51,320 nt of DNA from Candidatus Bipolaricaulota bacterium (lineage in GTDB: Bacteria > Bipolaricaulota > Bipolaricaulia > UBA7950 > UBA9294), in the NCBI GenBank assembly GCA_040752575.1, contig JBFMGK010000036.1, positions 1 to 51,320 of the forward strand. Direction: 5' to 3'. The position numbers and the translations under genes are program-made. Below, one piece after another: positions 37,092 through 46,675 of this stretch; within the stretch, counting starts at the first letter, position 1; each line of letters opens with the position of its first letter. The notes under the pieces are model-generated. The model was not told the DNA's origin and ran no database searches. It saw only the letters and a list, made by a program, of their open reading frames with translations.

Positions 37092-37756
37092 CGTTCCGTT
37101 GGGAGTGGCTGCCCAGCCTTGCCGAGGGCCTGATCCTCACGCTGGAGATCACCGGGGCCTGCGTCGCCCTGGGCATCGTGCTCGGAACGCTGCTTGCCGT
37201 GGGGCGGGTCTACGGGCGCGGCGTGGTCCGCGCGCTGTGCGGCACCTACATCGAGTTCTTCCGCGGGACTCCGCTCCTTGTGCAGGTGTTCATCGTCTAC
37301 TTCGGTCTGCCGACGTGGGGCATCAACCTTTCGGGGTTTGCGTCGGCCATCCTTGCGCTCGGCCTGAACACGGCGGCCTATCAGGCAGAGTACCTTCGTG
37401 GTGCTCTGCAGGCGGTCGGGAGCGGCCAACTGCAGGCTGCAAGGTCCGTCGGAATGTCGTTGCGTCGTGCCGTGTGGACGATCGTCTTTCCTCAGGCGTT
37501 TCGGATCGTCCTTCCGGCGTGGTCCAACGAGTTGATCCAGATGCTCAAGTACTCGTCGATCGTCTTCACCGTTTCGCTGTACGACCTCATGGGCATGGGC
37601 AAGAAGCTCGCGTCGAAGCACTTCACCTACCTCGAGGTGTTCATCGTGGTCGCGTTGTTCTATCTTGCCGTCGTGTTCTTCTTGTCCCAAGCGCTCGGCG
37701 CCCTCGAGCGTCGGCTTCGCCTCCCCGGGCTGGGAGTCGATGGGGAAGCGAGATGA
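37088..37756 (+). CDS. Amino acid ABC transporter permease
   Basis: YIEFFRGTPLLVQ, AAYQAEYLRG, LKYSS. Confidence 0.95.
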   Translation: MTFRWEWLPSLAEGLILTLEITGACVALGIVLGTLLAVGRVYGRGVVRALCGTYIEFFRGTPLLVQVFIVYFGLPTWGINLSGFASAILALGLNTAAYQAEYLRGALQAVGSGQLQAARSVGMSLRRAVWTIVFPQAFRIVLPAWSNELIQMLKYSSIVFTVSLYDLMGMGKKLASKHFTYLEVFIVVALFYLAVVFFLSQALGALERRLRLPGLGVDGEAR

Positions 37757-38202
37757 GCGATCCCGTACGGTGGATCCTTCAAGCAGCTGCATCCCTGTCG
37801 GACAGCGCGGACGAGCCGACGTGTCGCCACGTCCTGGAGGCGTGCGGCCGGGCGTGTTTCCCCGCGGCTCTTGGGGAGAAGGCCCGCCGAATCTGGGAAT
37901 CTTCTGCGACGACCCGCGACTTCGTCCTTGGGCTCCGCGACGTGTTCCCTCCTGTCGTTCTCTTTGGCGAGGAGATCCACGTGGTTTACCCGAAGTGCTA
38001 CTGCGAGTTCATGCGCGCAGTTCCGCCCTCCGAGGTCCCCTGGACGTACTGCCAGTGCTCGATCGGCTGGGTCAAGGAGTTCTTTGCCCTGGCAACTGGG
38101 CAAAGCGCTGTGGTCGACGTGATCTCGACCGTCCTTCGAGGCGGCGCCGAGTGCCGGCTTCGCGTCGACCTCGGCCGACGGCTTGACCAACCCCTTCGTT
38201 AG
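37753..38202 (+). CDS. Cys-rich hypothetical protein (DUF6144/V4R-like)
   Basis: CGRAC, YPKCYC, YCQCSIGW, GGAEC; ATGA overlap with the permease. Confidence 0.75.
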   Translation: MSDPVRWILQAAASLSDSADEPTCRHVLEACGRACFPAALGEKARRIWESSATTRDFVLGLRDVFPPVVLFGEEIHVVYPKCYCEFMRAVPPSEVPWTYCQCSIGWVKEFFALATGQSAVVDVISTVLRGGAECRLRVDLGRRLDQPLR

Positions 38203-38457
38203 GAGAGACACCAGACGACGCCGGCGAGATCTGAAGGTCGGTCAACAGGGTCGAGCCTCGGCATAAGCCTCCACGCGGGTGCGGACGCGGCATCCATCAA
38301 GGTCGGAAACCACGATTGCGCCGCGAGGCCCTTCGACGTCCGCGGTCCGGAGTACGAGGGCGTCGTGCGACGTGCCGCGTTTCGTGAACCGAAATCGGAT
38401 GCCGCGACACCTATTCTAGGGCCGGTTCTGGGGCGGGGTGACAGGAAAGGAGACGAG

Positions 38458-39288
38458 ATGGACAACGAGACGAGCCGCGGCAGACGGGAAGAGAGAAGGG
38501 TTGATCCGTTCGAGCGGATCTCCCTCGACGCCATCGGGACCGTTGTGGTTGAACAGGGAGAAGCTTTCGCCGTGGTCGTCGAGGCGCCTGACGAGATACT
38601 CGACGACGTGGTCACGATGGTGGACGAGAGCACGCTGCACATCGACGTTCGCTCGCGCCTACGGCGCGCGCGGATCTCCGCCGAACTGCTGAAGGTCGAG
38701 GTCAAGCTGCCCCGCGTCCGGGGGTTGGCCATCGATGGTTTTGGCGAGATCTCTTCGGGTGCGCTTCACACGGATCGCCTCGACGTGCAGATCGACGGAG
38801 CGGGTAGGATTCGCCTGGAGGCCGTCGAGGCCGATCAGCTGTCCGTGGGCATCGACGGGAGAGGCGCTCTGGCCGTCGGGTCGACGCAGTGTTTGCGCTG
38901 CCTGGTGAGTGTCGACGGTGTGGGCTCGGCCGACCTTCGGTCGGTCGAGGCCGAGAAGCTGGACGTCAAGATCGATGGACGAGGGCGGGTCGAGGCGCTC
39001 GGAAGAGCCCAACGCGTTGCCGTCGAGGTCGATGGCCAGGGGAGTGCTGAGCTGCGCGACCTGCAGGCGCGCGAAGCGCACGTAAGGATCGATGGCGTCG
39101 GAAAGGCCGTCGTGTGGGCCGAGGAGTCCCTGGACGTGCGGATCGACGGGTATGGGCGCGTCGAGTACCGAGGTCGGCCAAGAATCCGCGAGCGCATTGA
39201 CGGAACCGGGCGCGTCGTTCCCGTGGTCGCGACAGAGCAGGTTGGCGCGGCGTGCGGCGAAACCAATCCCCCCGCAACGAGTATGTAG
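38458..39288 (+). CDS. DUF2807/GIN-domain beta-helical protein
   Basis: Repeated (I/V)DGxG units about every 19 aa; ends G.VEYRGRP....IDG.G.V; AAGGAG RBS. Confidence 0.88.
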   Translation: MDNETSRGRREERRVDPFERISLDAIGTVVVEQGEAFAVVVEAPDEILDDVVTMVDESTLHIDVRSRLRRARISAELLKVEVKLPRVRGLAIDGFGEISSGALHTDRLDVQIDGAGRIRLEAVEADQLSVGIDGRGALAVGSTQCLRCLVSVDGVGSADLRSVEAEKLDVKIDGRGRVEALGRAQRVAVEVDGQGSAELRDLQAREAHVRIDGVGKAVVWAEESLDVRIDGYGRVEYRGRPRIRERIDGTGRVVPVVATEQVGAACGETNPPATSM

Positions 39289-39347
39289 AACGTCGGCGAC
39301 CGTGCACGCTCGCCGAGACCCGGTGTAGGATGATGCGGAGGTGGGCG

Positions 39348-40232
39348 ATGCTGAGAGCCTGTTCGTGGGCGGCGATGGCAGCAGTTCTCGTCTCGGCGGC
39401 GGCGACCGCCGTGACGTGGGAAGAGGTGGACTGGGCGGCGCAGCTGGCGCCGAACCCCAAGACCGGGGCGATGTCCGTCTACTTCTCCGTCTGGATGGAA
39501 TACGACCCTCCCCAGAGATCCGTCGACCTCGAAAGCCAGTGGACGTCCCCGTCCCTGGACCCCGACGATCCGAACCTCACCGGTTCGGTCGGACGCTACG
39601 CGTCGACCGAGGGCGTGACGCGGATCGTCGTCATGTCGCCGGCCATCGCCATTGCGGCCGGCCAACGGTACACGGCGACGCTCACCCTGGCGGATCGTGC
39701 GAGCGGGCTGACGTACTCGCGCCAGTTCCAGTACCTCGCGCCTGCGGCCGTGCCGATCAGCCTTCGCCTCGAGAGCGCCGACGGGACGACGGGAGTCGAT
39801 CTCACGGGAGTGCCCGACGAGGAACTTGAGGATCTCGTGCTGTTGGCTCGCGCCCTTCGCCTGTCCACGCGCGCGCCGGGCACCTCGGACCTATCCGACT
39901 TCCTCTCCGCGCCGCTGCCCGCGGAAGAGGCCTTCCCCGCTCTGGTCCTCTTGGTCCCCACGGCAGGGGTCTCCGCCACGGCCGGACCGTCAGGAGCCGG
40001 CGTGAAGATCACCGTCGGGCAGACGATGATGATCTTCTCTCTGCCGGAAGGGGCTGCCGTCTCGGCGCTTCGTACGCAGACCGCCGAGTATCCGCAGCCG
40101 ATCGTCGGGGTCGCCTTCTCGGGTTCGATCGAGACGAGCTTCGGCAGCGCAGTCCGTGCGTTTCTTGACGAGGCGTCGCTCGAGGTCGTCGAGGCGGCTG
40201 AAGCCGAGTGGACTCGGCGGACGAGTGGCTAG
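39348..40232 (+). CDS. Secreted hypothetical protein
   Basis: GGAGGT RBS, signal peptide, codon usage typical of the window. Confidence 0.65.
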   Translation: MLRACSWAAMAAVLVSAAATAVTWEEVDWAAQLAPNPKTGAMSVYFSVWMEYDPPQRSVDLESQWTSPSLDPDDPNLTGSVGRYASTEGVTRIVVMSPAIAIAAGQRYTATLTLADRASGLTYSRQFQYLAPAAVPISLRLESADGTTGVDLTGVPDEELEDLVLLARALRLSTRAPGTSDLSDFLSAPLPAEEAFPALVLLVPTAGVSATAGPSGAGVKITVGQTMMIFSLPEGAAVSALRTQTAEYPQPIVGVAFSGSIETSFGSAVRAFLDEASLEVVEAAEAEWTRRTSG

Positions 40233-40714
40233 TCGTTCGTCCGATTGGGCGTTCCGGGAAGGAAGAGCCACAAGTCCGGGAACAGCGGGTCGCCGCCGTC
40301 GGGGAAGCGTTGCCACGTGGTCGCGTCGTCCTTCGTGTCGCGCAGGACGCCGGTCGCATCGACGGTCTCGCCCGCGGCGTTGACGAGCGCGATGGCCGTC
40401 GACTCGTCGTTTCGCAATCTGAGCCCCGCGTAGCCGATGATGAGACGCGCGCCCGGGGCCAACGAGATGGCCGTTTCAGAGAGCGGCTGAAGGCCGTCGC
40501 TCGGGTAGTTGTACGTAAGCGACCATCCGGTCATGTCGACGGACTGCGCGCTCACGTTGAGGATCTCGACCCACTCGGCGTCCCGATCGAACCCGTCGGG
40601 GTTGAGTTCGACTTCGTTGATCACGATCGTCCGAGGAGCCGGCGACTCAGAGGCTCCGCTTCCCAACGCAAGAACCAGCGTCACGCCCAGGACGGCGATG
40701 TGACGGGCTCGCAT
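40229..40714 (-). CDS. Secreted lamin-tail-domain protein
   Basis: IVINEVELNP.G...EWVEILN....VDMTGWSL...GETVD...TPN. Confidence 0.88.
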   Translation of the reverse strand: MRARHIAVLGVTLVLALGSGASESPAPRTIVINEVELNPDGFDRDAEWVEILNVSAQSVDMTGWSLTYNYPSDGLQPLSETAISLAPGARLIIGYAGLRLRNDESTAIALVNAAGETVDATGVLRDTKDDATTWQRFPDGGDPLFPDLWLFLPGTPNRTND

Positions 40715-40788
40715 GTTGACCTCCTCTCGAGGACCCCCGGTCTGGGTCCAGCGGATGGCGCAAGACCACGGGTGCCGAGGCTTGCCCC

Positions 40789-41514
40789 CTACCGGACGGG
40801 GTTGCGCAGAACCCCGATTCCCTCGATGTCCACTTCGACGACATCTCCAGCGCAGAGACGGCCCACGCCGGCCGGCGTTCCCGTCGCGATCACGTCGCCG
40901 GGTTCCAGGGTCATGAACGAGGTGATCTCCTCGATCAGTTCAGGAACCGTGAAGATGAAAGCGTTCGTCCATCCGTCTTGCCGCGTCTCCCCGTTGAGCC
41001 GAAGCCGAACGTGGAAGGGCTCGGTCACTTCGTCAGGCGTGACCAGCAGCGGACCCAGAGGCGCCGATCCGTCAAACGCCTTGGCGCGAACCCAGCTCTT
41101 TTCCCACTTCTGCGCTACGCGATCGGAGATGTCATTCATGCACGTGTATCCAAGGATGACGTCCCGCGCGGCGGCCGCTGAGACGTTTCGACAGCGTCGG
41201 CCAATCACGACGGCGAGTTCCGCCTCGTAGTGCACCTCCTCGCTGGGGGGAAGGATGAGGTCCTCTCCGGATCCCAGGAGGGCGCTCGGCGGCTTCAGGA
41301 AGAGCAGCGGGCGCTCAGGGACCTCGTTTCCCAACTCGGCGGCGTGGGCGGCGTAGTTCCGCCCGACACACACGATCTTGGTTGGCGTGCACGGGGGGAG
41401 GAGCCGGACGTCCTCGAAGCGCAAGGTCTCCCCACCTGCGTGAATGGCGACGCCGTCCGTCGTTCCGCGTTCCGCGTCGTCACGTCCTGTTCTCTGGAAC
41501 CGCACCCACTTCAT
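40789..41514 (-). CDS. Fumarylacetoacetate hydrolase family protein
   Basis: KIVCVGRNY, FLKP, HYEAEL, NDISDR, KAFD, PGDVIATGTPAGVG. Confidence 0.95.
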   Translation of the reverse strand: MKWVRFQRTGRDDAERGTTDGVAIHAGGETLRFEDVRLLPPCTPTKIVCVGRNYAAHAAELGNEVPERPLLFLKPPSALLGSGEDLILPPSEEVHYEAELAVVIGRRCRNVSAAAARDVILGYTCMNDISDRVAQKWEKSWVRAKAFDGSAPLGPLLVTPDEVTEPFHVRLRLNGETRQDGWTNAFIFTVPELIEEITSFMTLEPGDVIATGTPAGVGRLCAGDVVEVDIEGIGVLRNPVR

Positions 41515-41580
41515 GTCCCCTCCCTCTGCGCACACCCTACTCGAGGATCCCGCACGCGTCAATGCAGAGCGGCTCTCATC

Positions 41581-41609
41581 TTGACCGAACTGCGTGCGTT
41601 GGATACGCT
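41581..41609 (+). promoter_or_regulatory. sigma70 promoter of lspA-tmk
   Basis: TTGACC-N17-TACGCT, 9 nt before ATG. Confidence 0.6.
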
Positions 41610-41618
41610 CGCGCCACC

Positions 41619-42095
41619 ATGCGCCGCGTGTCCTGGGCTCCCTATGTTCTCTTGCTCCTTGCGCTGGATCGTGTCACGAAGAACTGGGCCGCGCGGAACC
41701 TTGCGCTTGGCGATCCGCAACCTCTGTTGGGCGACGTCATACGACTTACGCGCGTGCACAACGATGGGGGAGCTTTCGGACTCCTGCCCGGGAACGCGTG
41801 GCTGTTCGTCGCCGTGTCTGCCGCTGCGGCCGTCGGTCTGGTCATCGCCCTGACCGTCGTCAAGACGAGGCGCTGGGTTCTCCGACTGGGCCTGTCCCTC
41901 GTCCTGGTCGGGGCGCTCGGAAATCTGTTCGATCGCGTTATGTGGGGATACGTACTGGATTTCTTTGAGTTCCGTGGCTTCCCAGTGTTCAACGTCGCCG
42001 ACGCATGCATCACTTTGGGCGCCTTGTCTCTGGCCGTCTACGCGTTGTGGGGGGGTGGCACGCATCGACCTGGCAGGGCGTCTCATCGTCCTTGA
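41619..42095 (+). CDS. lspA: Lipoprotein signal peptidase II
   Basis: DRVTK, NDGGAFG, GALGNLFDR, VLDF, FNVADACI. Confidence 0.96.
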   Translation: MRRVSWAPYVLLLLALDRVTKNWAARNLALGDPQPLLGDVIRLTRVHNDGGAFGLLPGNAWLFVAVSAAAAVGLVIALTVVKTRRWVLRLGLSLVLVGALGNLFDRVMWGYVLDFFEFRGFPVFNVADACITLGALSLAVYALWGGGTHRPGRASHRP

Positions 42096-42675
42096 AGGAC
42101 TCGACTTCACGGGCAAGTCGACGCAGGTCAGGCTCCTCGGGGAGCGGCTGCGACGTGCAGGCTACGATCCGGTCGTCACCGGAGAACCCGGGGGCACCCC
42201 GGTCGGGGATCGCGCGCGACACGTCTTGCTGGATCCCATCTATCGAGGAACGCTCACTCCCCTGTCGGAGCTCTTGCTGTTCATGGTGAGCCGTTCCCAG
42301 CATGTACGCGAGGTCGTCTTGCCCGCGCTGTCTGCCGGCAAGGTGGTTCTCTCCAGCCGCTATCGGTTGTCGAGTCTCGCGTACCAGGGTTACGGCCGCG
42401 GGATCGATCTCGAGATGATTCGACGTCTGAACGACCTGGCCACCGAAGGGCGCGAAGCCGATCTGACGTTTCTCCTGGACGTGCCGGTCGAGATTGCGCT
42501 CGGCCGGCGTCGAGGCGAGCCTGACCGCATCGAGGGCGAGGAGTCCGCGTTCTACGAGCGCGTCCGACGAGGCTTCCTTGAGCTGACGGCTGGTGATGCG
42601 ACGGTCGTGCGCGTCGACGGGACCCTCGAAGTTCGAGATCTCGCCGAGACCCTGGCGGCTGCCCTCGGGCTGTAG
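42055..42675 (+). CDS. tmk: Thymidylate kinase
   Basis: EGLDFTGKSTQ, EPGGT, ELLLF, RY..SSLAYQGYGRG. Confidence 0.95.
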   Translation: MARIDLAGRLIVLEGLDFTGKSTQVRLLGERLRRAGYDPVVTGEPGGTPVGDRARHVLLDPIYRGTLTPLSELLLFMVSRSQHVREVVLPALSAGKVVLSSRYRLSSLAYQGYGRGIDLEMIRRLNDLATEGREADLTFLLDVPVEIALGRRRGEPDRIEGEESAFYERVRRGFLELTAGDATVVRVDGTLEVRDLAETLAAALGL

Positions 42676-42738
42676 TTTTGCCCGGCTGTTTGGCGATCGA
42701 GTATCATCCGGCGTCGGCCACTGCCAAGGAGGGTCTCG

Positions 42739-43890
42739 ATGGAGTTCGTCTGCGAGAAGAGCGACTGGGTATCCGGCGTGCGCCTAGCAAGCTACGCGAT
42801 CAGCGCGCGAAGCAATCTCCCGATTCTTGCGGGGATCAAACTGGAGGTTGCCGGATCGCGACTTCTGCTCCAGGCGACGAATCTGGATCGGGCGGTACGA
42901 TGCGAGATCCCGATCGAGAGCAAGGGCAAGGGGGGAGCCGTCGTCCTCAACGGCTCCGTGCTGAACCAGATCGCCGCGCACCTTCCGGCCGACGACAAGG
43001 TGACGGTGCGAGCTGAGGGCGCTGAGCGCACGACCGTGAGTCTGCGCTGCGGCGAGGCGTCGTTCGATCTGCCTACCCTGCCCGCCGAGGAGTATCCAGA
43101 GATTCCCGCGCTTCCTTCTGCGAAGGTGGCGAGCCTCAGCGCGGCGCAGTTCCACCATGGCCTCGAGCACACGGCGTTCGCCGCCCTGAAGGCGGGCGAG
43201 ACGACGCGTCTGAGTCTGACCGGCGTGGACCTCGTCTGGAAGGGCGATCAGCTGCGCATGGTCGCAACGAACGGGTACCGTCTGGCGGTGAAGACCCTTC
43301 CGGTTCCGGAGCCGCACGAGGAGGGCGAGTATCTCGTCGAGGCGAGCGTGCTCACCGATCTCGACCGCGTGCTGGCCCAGGTGGACGCTTCGACCCTCGA
43401 CGTCCACCGCGGAGAAGGTCAGCTCTTCTTCCACGCCGCCGGCGTGACGTTCATGGCGCGGACCCTCCATGACGAGTTTCCGGACTTCGAGCGCGTGATC
43501 CCGCGTGACAATCCCATTGCGCTCGAGTTCGACCGCCGAGCGTTGCTCGATGCGCTGCAGAGAATCCAGATCACGGCGTCCGAAGACTCCGGGGCGATCA
43601 CGTTCCGCGCGACGCCTGAAGAGACCGCGGTGCGGATCACCTCGTCGTCCAAGGACAAGGGCGAGGCTGAAGAGCGCGTCCACCTGAAGAAGTCGCCGAG
43701 TCGCGCCGTGGAGATCTCGTTCCGCGCCGAGTACGTGATCGACGTCCTCAAGCGGGTGGCGTCCGAGGGCGTAACGCTGTGGCTTGCCGACGCGAAGAAG
43801 GCCGGGCTGCTCGAGCCGTCGGGAGACACGATCGCCGAGGCCGATCAGGGTTTTCTCTACGTCTGCATGCCGGTGCTTCTGTCGACGTAG
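42739..43890 (+). CDS. dnaN: DNA polymerase III beta clamp
   Basis: LPILAGI, ATNLD, EEYPEIP, LTGV, VATNGYRLA, FPDFERVIP, YVCMPV. Confidence 0.96.
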   Translation: MEFVCEKSDWVSGVRLASYAISARSNLPILAGIKLEVAGSRLLLQATNLDRAVRCEIPIESKGKGGAVVLNGSVLNQIAAHLPADDKVTVRAEGAERTTVSLRCGEASFDLPTLPAEEYPEIPALPSAKVASLSAAQFHHGLEHTAFAALKAGETTRLSLTGVDLVWKGDQLRMVATNGYRLAVKTLPVPEPHEEGEYLVEASVLTDLDRVLAQVDASTLDVHRGEGQLFFHAAGVTFMARTLHDEFPDFERVIPRDNPIALEFDRRALLDALQRIQITASEDSGAITFRATPEETAVRITSSSKDKGEAEERVHLKKSPSRAVEISFRAEYVIDVLKRVASEGVTLWLADAKKAGLLEPSGDTIAEADQGFLYVCMPVLLST

Positions 43891-43914
43891 GACCCGCCGA
43901 TGGGCGCCGGCGCG

Positions 43915-46524
43915 TCAGGCGCCGGCGAGCGCCGACTCGGCGAGCCGGCGGCCCTCTTCGAGCGCTTCGTCGAGGCCATCGATCTTGGGGCCGCCGCCTT
44001 GTGCAAAGGCCCTACTGCCGCCGCCGCCGCCGCCCAGGATCTTCGACATCGCGCGCACAATGGCTCCCGCGTCGACCTGCCCAAGACCCGTGGATACCTT
44101 GCAGACGGCCGTCGCGCGTCCGTCCGTGGCGCCCACCAAGACGACGACGGCTGGCCGAACCCGGGACTCGATGTCGTCGGCAAGGGCCTTGATGCCGTCG
44201 GGATTTGCGTCGGAGCGTGCCGAAACCAGCCGCACGCCGCGGAGGGTCGCGGCGCGTCCCGCCAGTGCAGCGCCTTGCGCAGACACCTCCTGAGCCCGGA
44301 TCGCCGCAAGGGTCGTCTCCAGCTCCGTCACGCGTTCACGGAGCTTCTGAACGCCAGCTTCGGGGTCGTCGCCGAGCGTCTCGCGTAATCGTTCGATGCG
44401 CGCGTGCTCGTCCCGAAGCGCGGCCAGCGACCGGTCCCCGGTCACCGCTCGGATGCGACGAACGCCCGACGCGATGCCCTCCTCCGAAAGGATCCGGACA
44501 AGGCCTATCTCGCCGGTGCGCCGCACGTGCGTCCCGCCGCACAGTTCGCGACTGATTCCCTCGACCTCGACGAGTCGGACGCGGTCGCGTCCCTTGTATT
44601 CGTCCTCGAACAGGCCGATCGCCCCGTGCTGGCGCGCCTCCTCCAAGGTGACGAGGGAGGTGGACACGACGCGGTCGTCGAGCGTGGCGGCGTTGACGAA
44701 ATCCTCAACGCGTGTGACCTCCTCGGGCGTCATCTTCGCGAAGTGCGAGAAATCGAAGCGGAACTCGTGGTCCGCAACGTCGGAGCCGGCCTGTTGTGCG
44801 TGACTTCCGAGAACGCTGCGCAGCGCGGCGTGAAGAAGGTGCGTTGCCGTGTGGTTTCGCTCGATCCGTCGCCGCCGCGCGACGTCGACCTCCAATCGGC
44901 AGCGGTCTCCGAGCTCAAAGGCCCCCTGATCCACCGCAACGTGATGAACGGAAGCGCCATGCTCTCCCTTACGCACGTCGAGTACTCGGGCTTTGCCCGC
45001 GCGCGAGAGATTCTCGACAACCCCTTGATCGGCGATCTGGCCGCCCGCCGCGGCGTAGAACGGCGTCCTCTCGAACAGGAGGCCCTCTCCATCCGGTAGA
45101 GCGACCGTGCCCACCAATTGGGCCTCGACCGCGAGTGGGGAGCTGCCGCCCCGCCGCTCCTCGGTGTCGTAACCGACGAACTCTGTCTCCGCGCCGGTGC
45201 CTGCGGCGTCCGACGCTGGAGTGGATGGTTTGGCCAGGGCGCGCGAACGCGTCCGCTGATCGGCAAGGGCTGTCTCGAATCCTTCGTGATCTATGCGGAT
45301 CCCACGTTCTGCGAGGATCTCCTCCGTCATCTCGAGCGGGAATCCGTACGTATCGGTCAGCTCAAACGCGACTTCCCCCGACAGGAGGCTCTTCCCTTCG
45401 CTCGCGAGGTCCGCGGCGATCTTGTCGAGCCGCCGTTCGCCGTCACGCAGCGTGCGCCGGAAAGCTTGCTCCTCCCGGTCGAGGATGCGCGTCGCCGCGT
45501 CGCGTGCGGCAACGATCTCCGGGTAGGTGGCGCCGAGCGTTTGCACGACGGGCTCAACGAACGAGCCCAGCGACCCTGGGGGTAGCGCGAGCCGCTCGCT
45601 CGCGCGAATCGCCCGACGCAGGACTCTTCGAAGCACGTATCCCTGCCGCTCGTTGCCGGGCATCACTCCGTCGGCGACGAGGAACAGGGCTCCGCGCACG
45701 TGGTCGGCAATGGTGTTTCGGGCGGAACGCTCTGCCCCCTCGAGCGGCCTCGCCGCTCGGTGTGCGATGGCCTCGGTCATGGCGGAGAACGCGTCGGTGT
45801 CGTAGTTGGTCTCGGCCCCCTGGAGGATGGCCGTCGCGCGTTCGAGCCCCATCCCGGTGTCGATGTTCTTCTTGGCCAGAGGAAGGAAACCGCCAGTCGG
45901 CTGCGCGTCATACTGCATGAACACGAGGTTCCAGATCTCGGCGAAGCGGTTGCAGTCGCAGGCGACACCCCGGCATGTCGGTCCGCAGGACCGATCGGCG
46001 CCCGTGTCGTAGTGCAGTTCGGAGTCGGGGCCGCAGGGCCCGGAATCGCCGACAGGCCCCCACCAGTTGTTCTCCTTGCCCAGACGGACGATTCGCTCCG
46101 CCGGGATGCCGACCCGATCCCGCCAGATCGCGTACGCCTCGTTGTCCTCCTCGTAGACGGTGATTGCGAACCGATCTCCGGGGATCCCGAGTTCGCGCGT
46201 CAGGAACTCCCAGGCGAACTCGATCGCCCCCTGCTTGAAGTAGTCGCCGAACGAGAAGTTGCCAAGCATCTCGAAGAATGTGTGATGGTAGGCCGTCCGG
46301 CCGACCTCCTCGATGTCCGTCGTGCGGAAGCACTTCTGGCACGTCGTGGCGCGCGGGAAGCCGGGCGCGAGTCGGCCCCAGAAGTAATCCTTGAATTGGA
46401 CCATCCCCGCGGCGGTGAACAGAAGGGTTGGATCCTTGGGAACCAACGAGGAGCTGGGAAGAAGCTTGTGCCCCCGCTCAGCGAAGAACCCGAGATATCG
46501 GCGTCGCAACTCGGCAGACGTCAT
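43915..46524 (-). CDS. alaS: Alanine--tRNA ligase
   Basis: TLLFTAAGMVQFK, FEMLGNFSFGDYFK, DTGMGLER, HTATHLLH, ELCGGTH, GGGGG. Confidence 0.99.
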   Translation of the reverse strand: MTSAELRRRYLGFFAERGHKLLPSSSLVPKDPTLLFTAAGMVQFKDYFWGRLAPGFPRATTCQKCFRTTDIEEVGRTAYHHTFFEMLGNFSFGDYFKQGAIEFAWEFLTRELGIPGDRFAITVYEEDNEAYAIWRDRVGIPAERIVRLGKENNWWGPVGDSGPCGPDSELHYDTGADRSCGPTCRGVACDCNRFAEIWNLVFMQYDAQPTGGFLPLAKKNIDTGMGLERATAILQGAETNYDTDAFSAMTEAIAHRAARPLEGAERSARNTIADHVRGALFLVADGVMPGNERQGYVLRRVLRRAIRASERLALPPGSLGSFVEPVVQTLGATYPEIVAARDAATRILDREEQAFRRTLRDGERRLDKIAADLASEGKSLLSGEVAFELTDTYGFPLEMTEEILAERGIRIDHEGFETALADQRTRSRALAKPSTPASDAAGTGAETEFVGYDTEERRGGSSPLAVEAQLVGTVALPDGEGLLFERTPFYAAAGGQIADQGVVENLSRAGKARVLDVRKGEHGASVHHVAVDQGAFELGDRCRLEVDVARRRRIERNHTATHLLHAALRSVLGSHAQQAGSDVADHEFRFDFSHFAKMTPEEVTRVEDFVNAATLDDRVVSTSLVTLEEARQHGAIGLFEDEYKGRDRVRLVEVEGISRELCGGTHVRRTGEIGLVRILSEEGIASGVRRIRAVTGDRSLAALRDEHARIERLRETLGDDPEAGVQKLRERVTELETTLAAIRAQEVSAQGAALAGRAATLRGVRLVSARSDANPDGIKALADDIESRVRPAVVVLVGATDGRATAVCKVSTGLGQVDAGAIVRAMSKILGGGGGGSRAFAQGGGPKIDGLDEALEEGRRLAESALAGA

Positions 46525-46618
46525 ACGAAGACTCCTTCAGGACAATCGGTACACGGATGATAGAAGCTGCCGTGGCGCGCTTCAATAGGTAGGACGCGGG
46601 TTTGCGGCGGGTCCACGA

Positions 46619-46647
46619 TTGCCGGCTCCACAAGCCGGGGCTATACT
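46619..46647 (+). promoter_or_regulatory. sigma70 promoter of eno-ftsB-dnaE
   Basis: TTGCCG-N17-TATACT. Confidence 0.65.
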
Positions 46648-46675
46648 CGCACGGCATCACGGAGAGGGGGATCTC

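Noticed and set aside
38458..39288. Periodic ATCGACGG/ATCGATGG repeats as a CRISPR-like array
   Set aside because: They encode the IDGxG beta-helix repeats of a DUF2807 protein.
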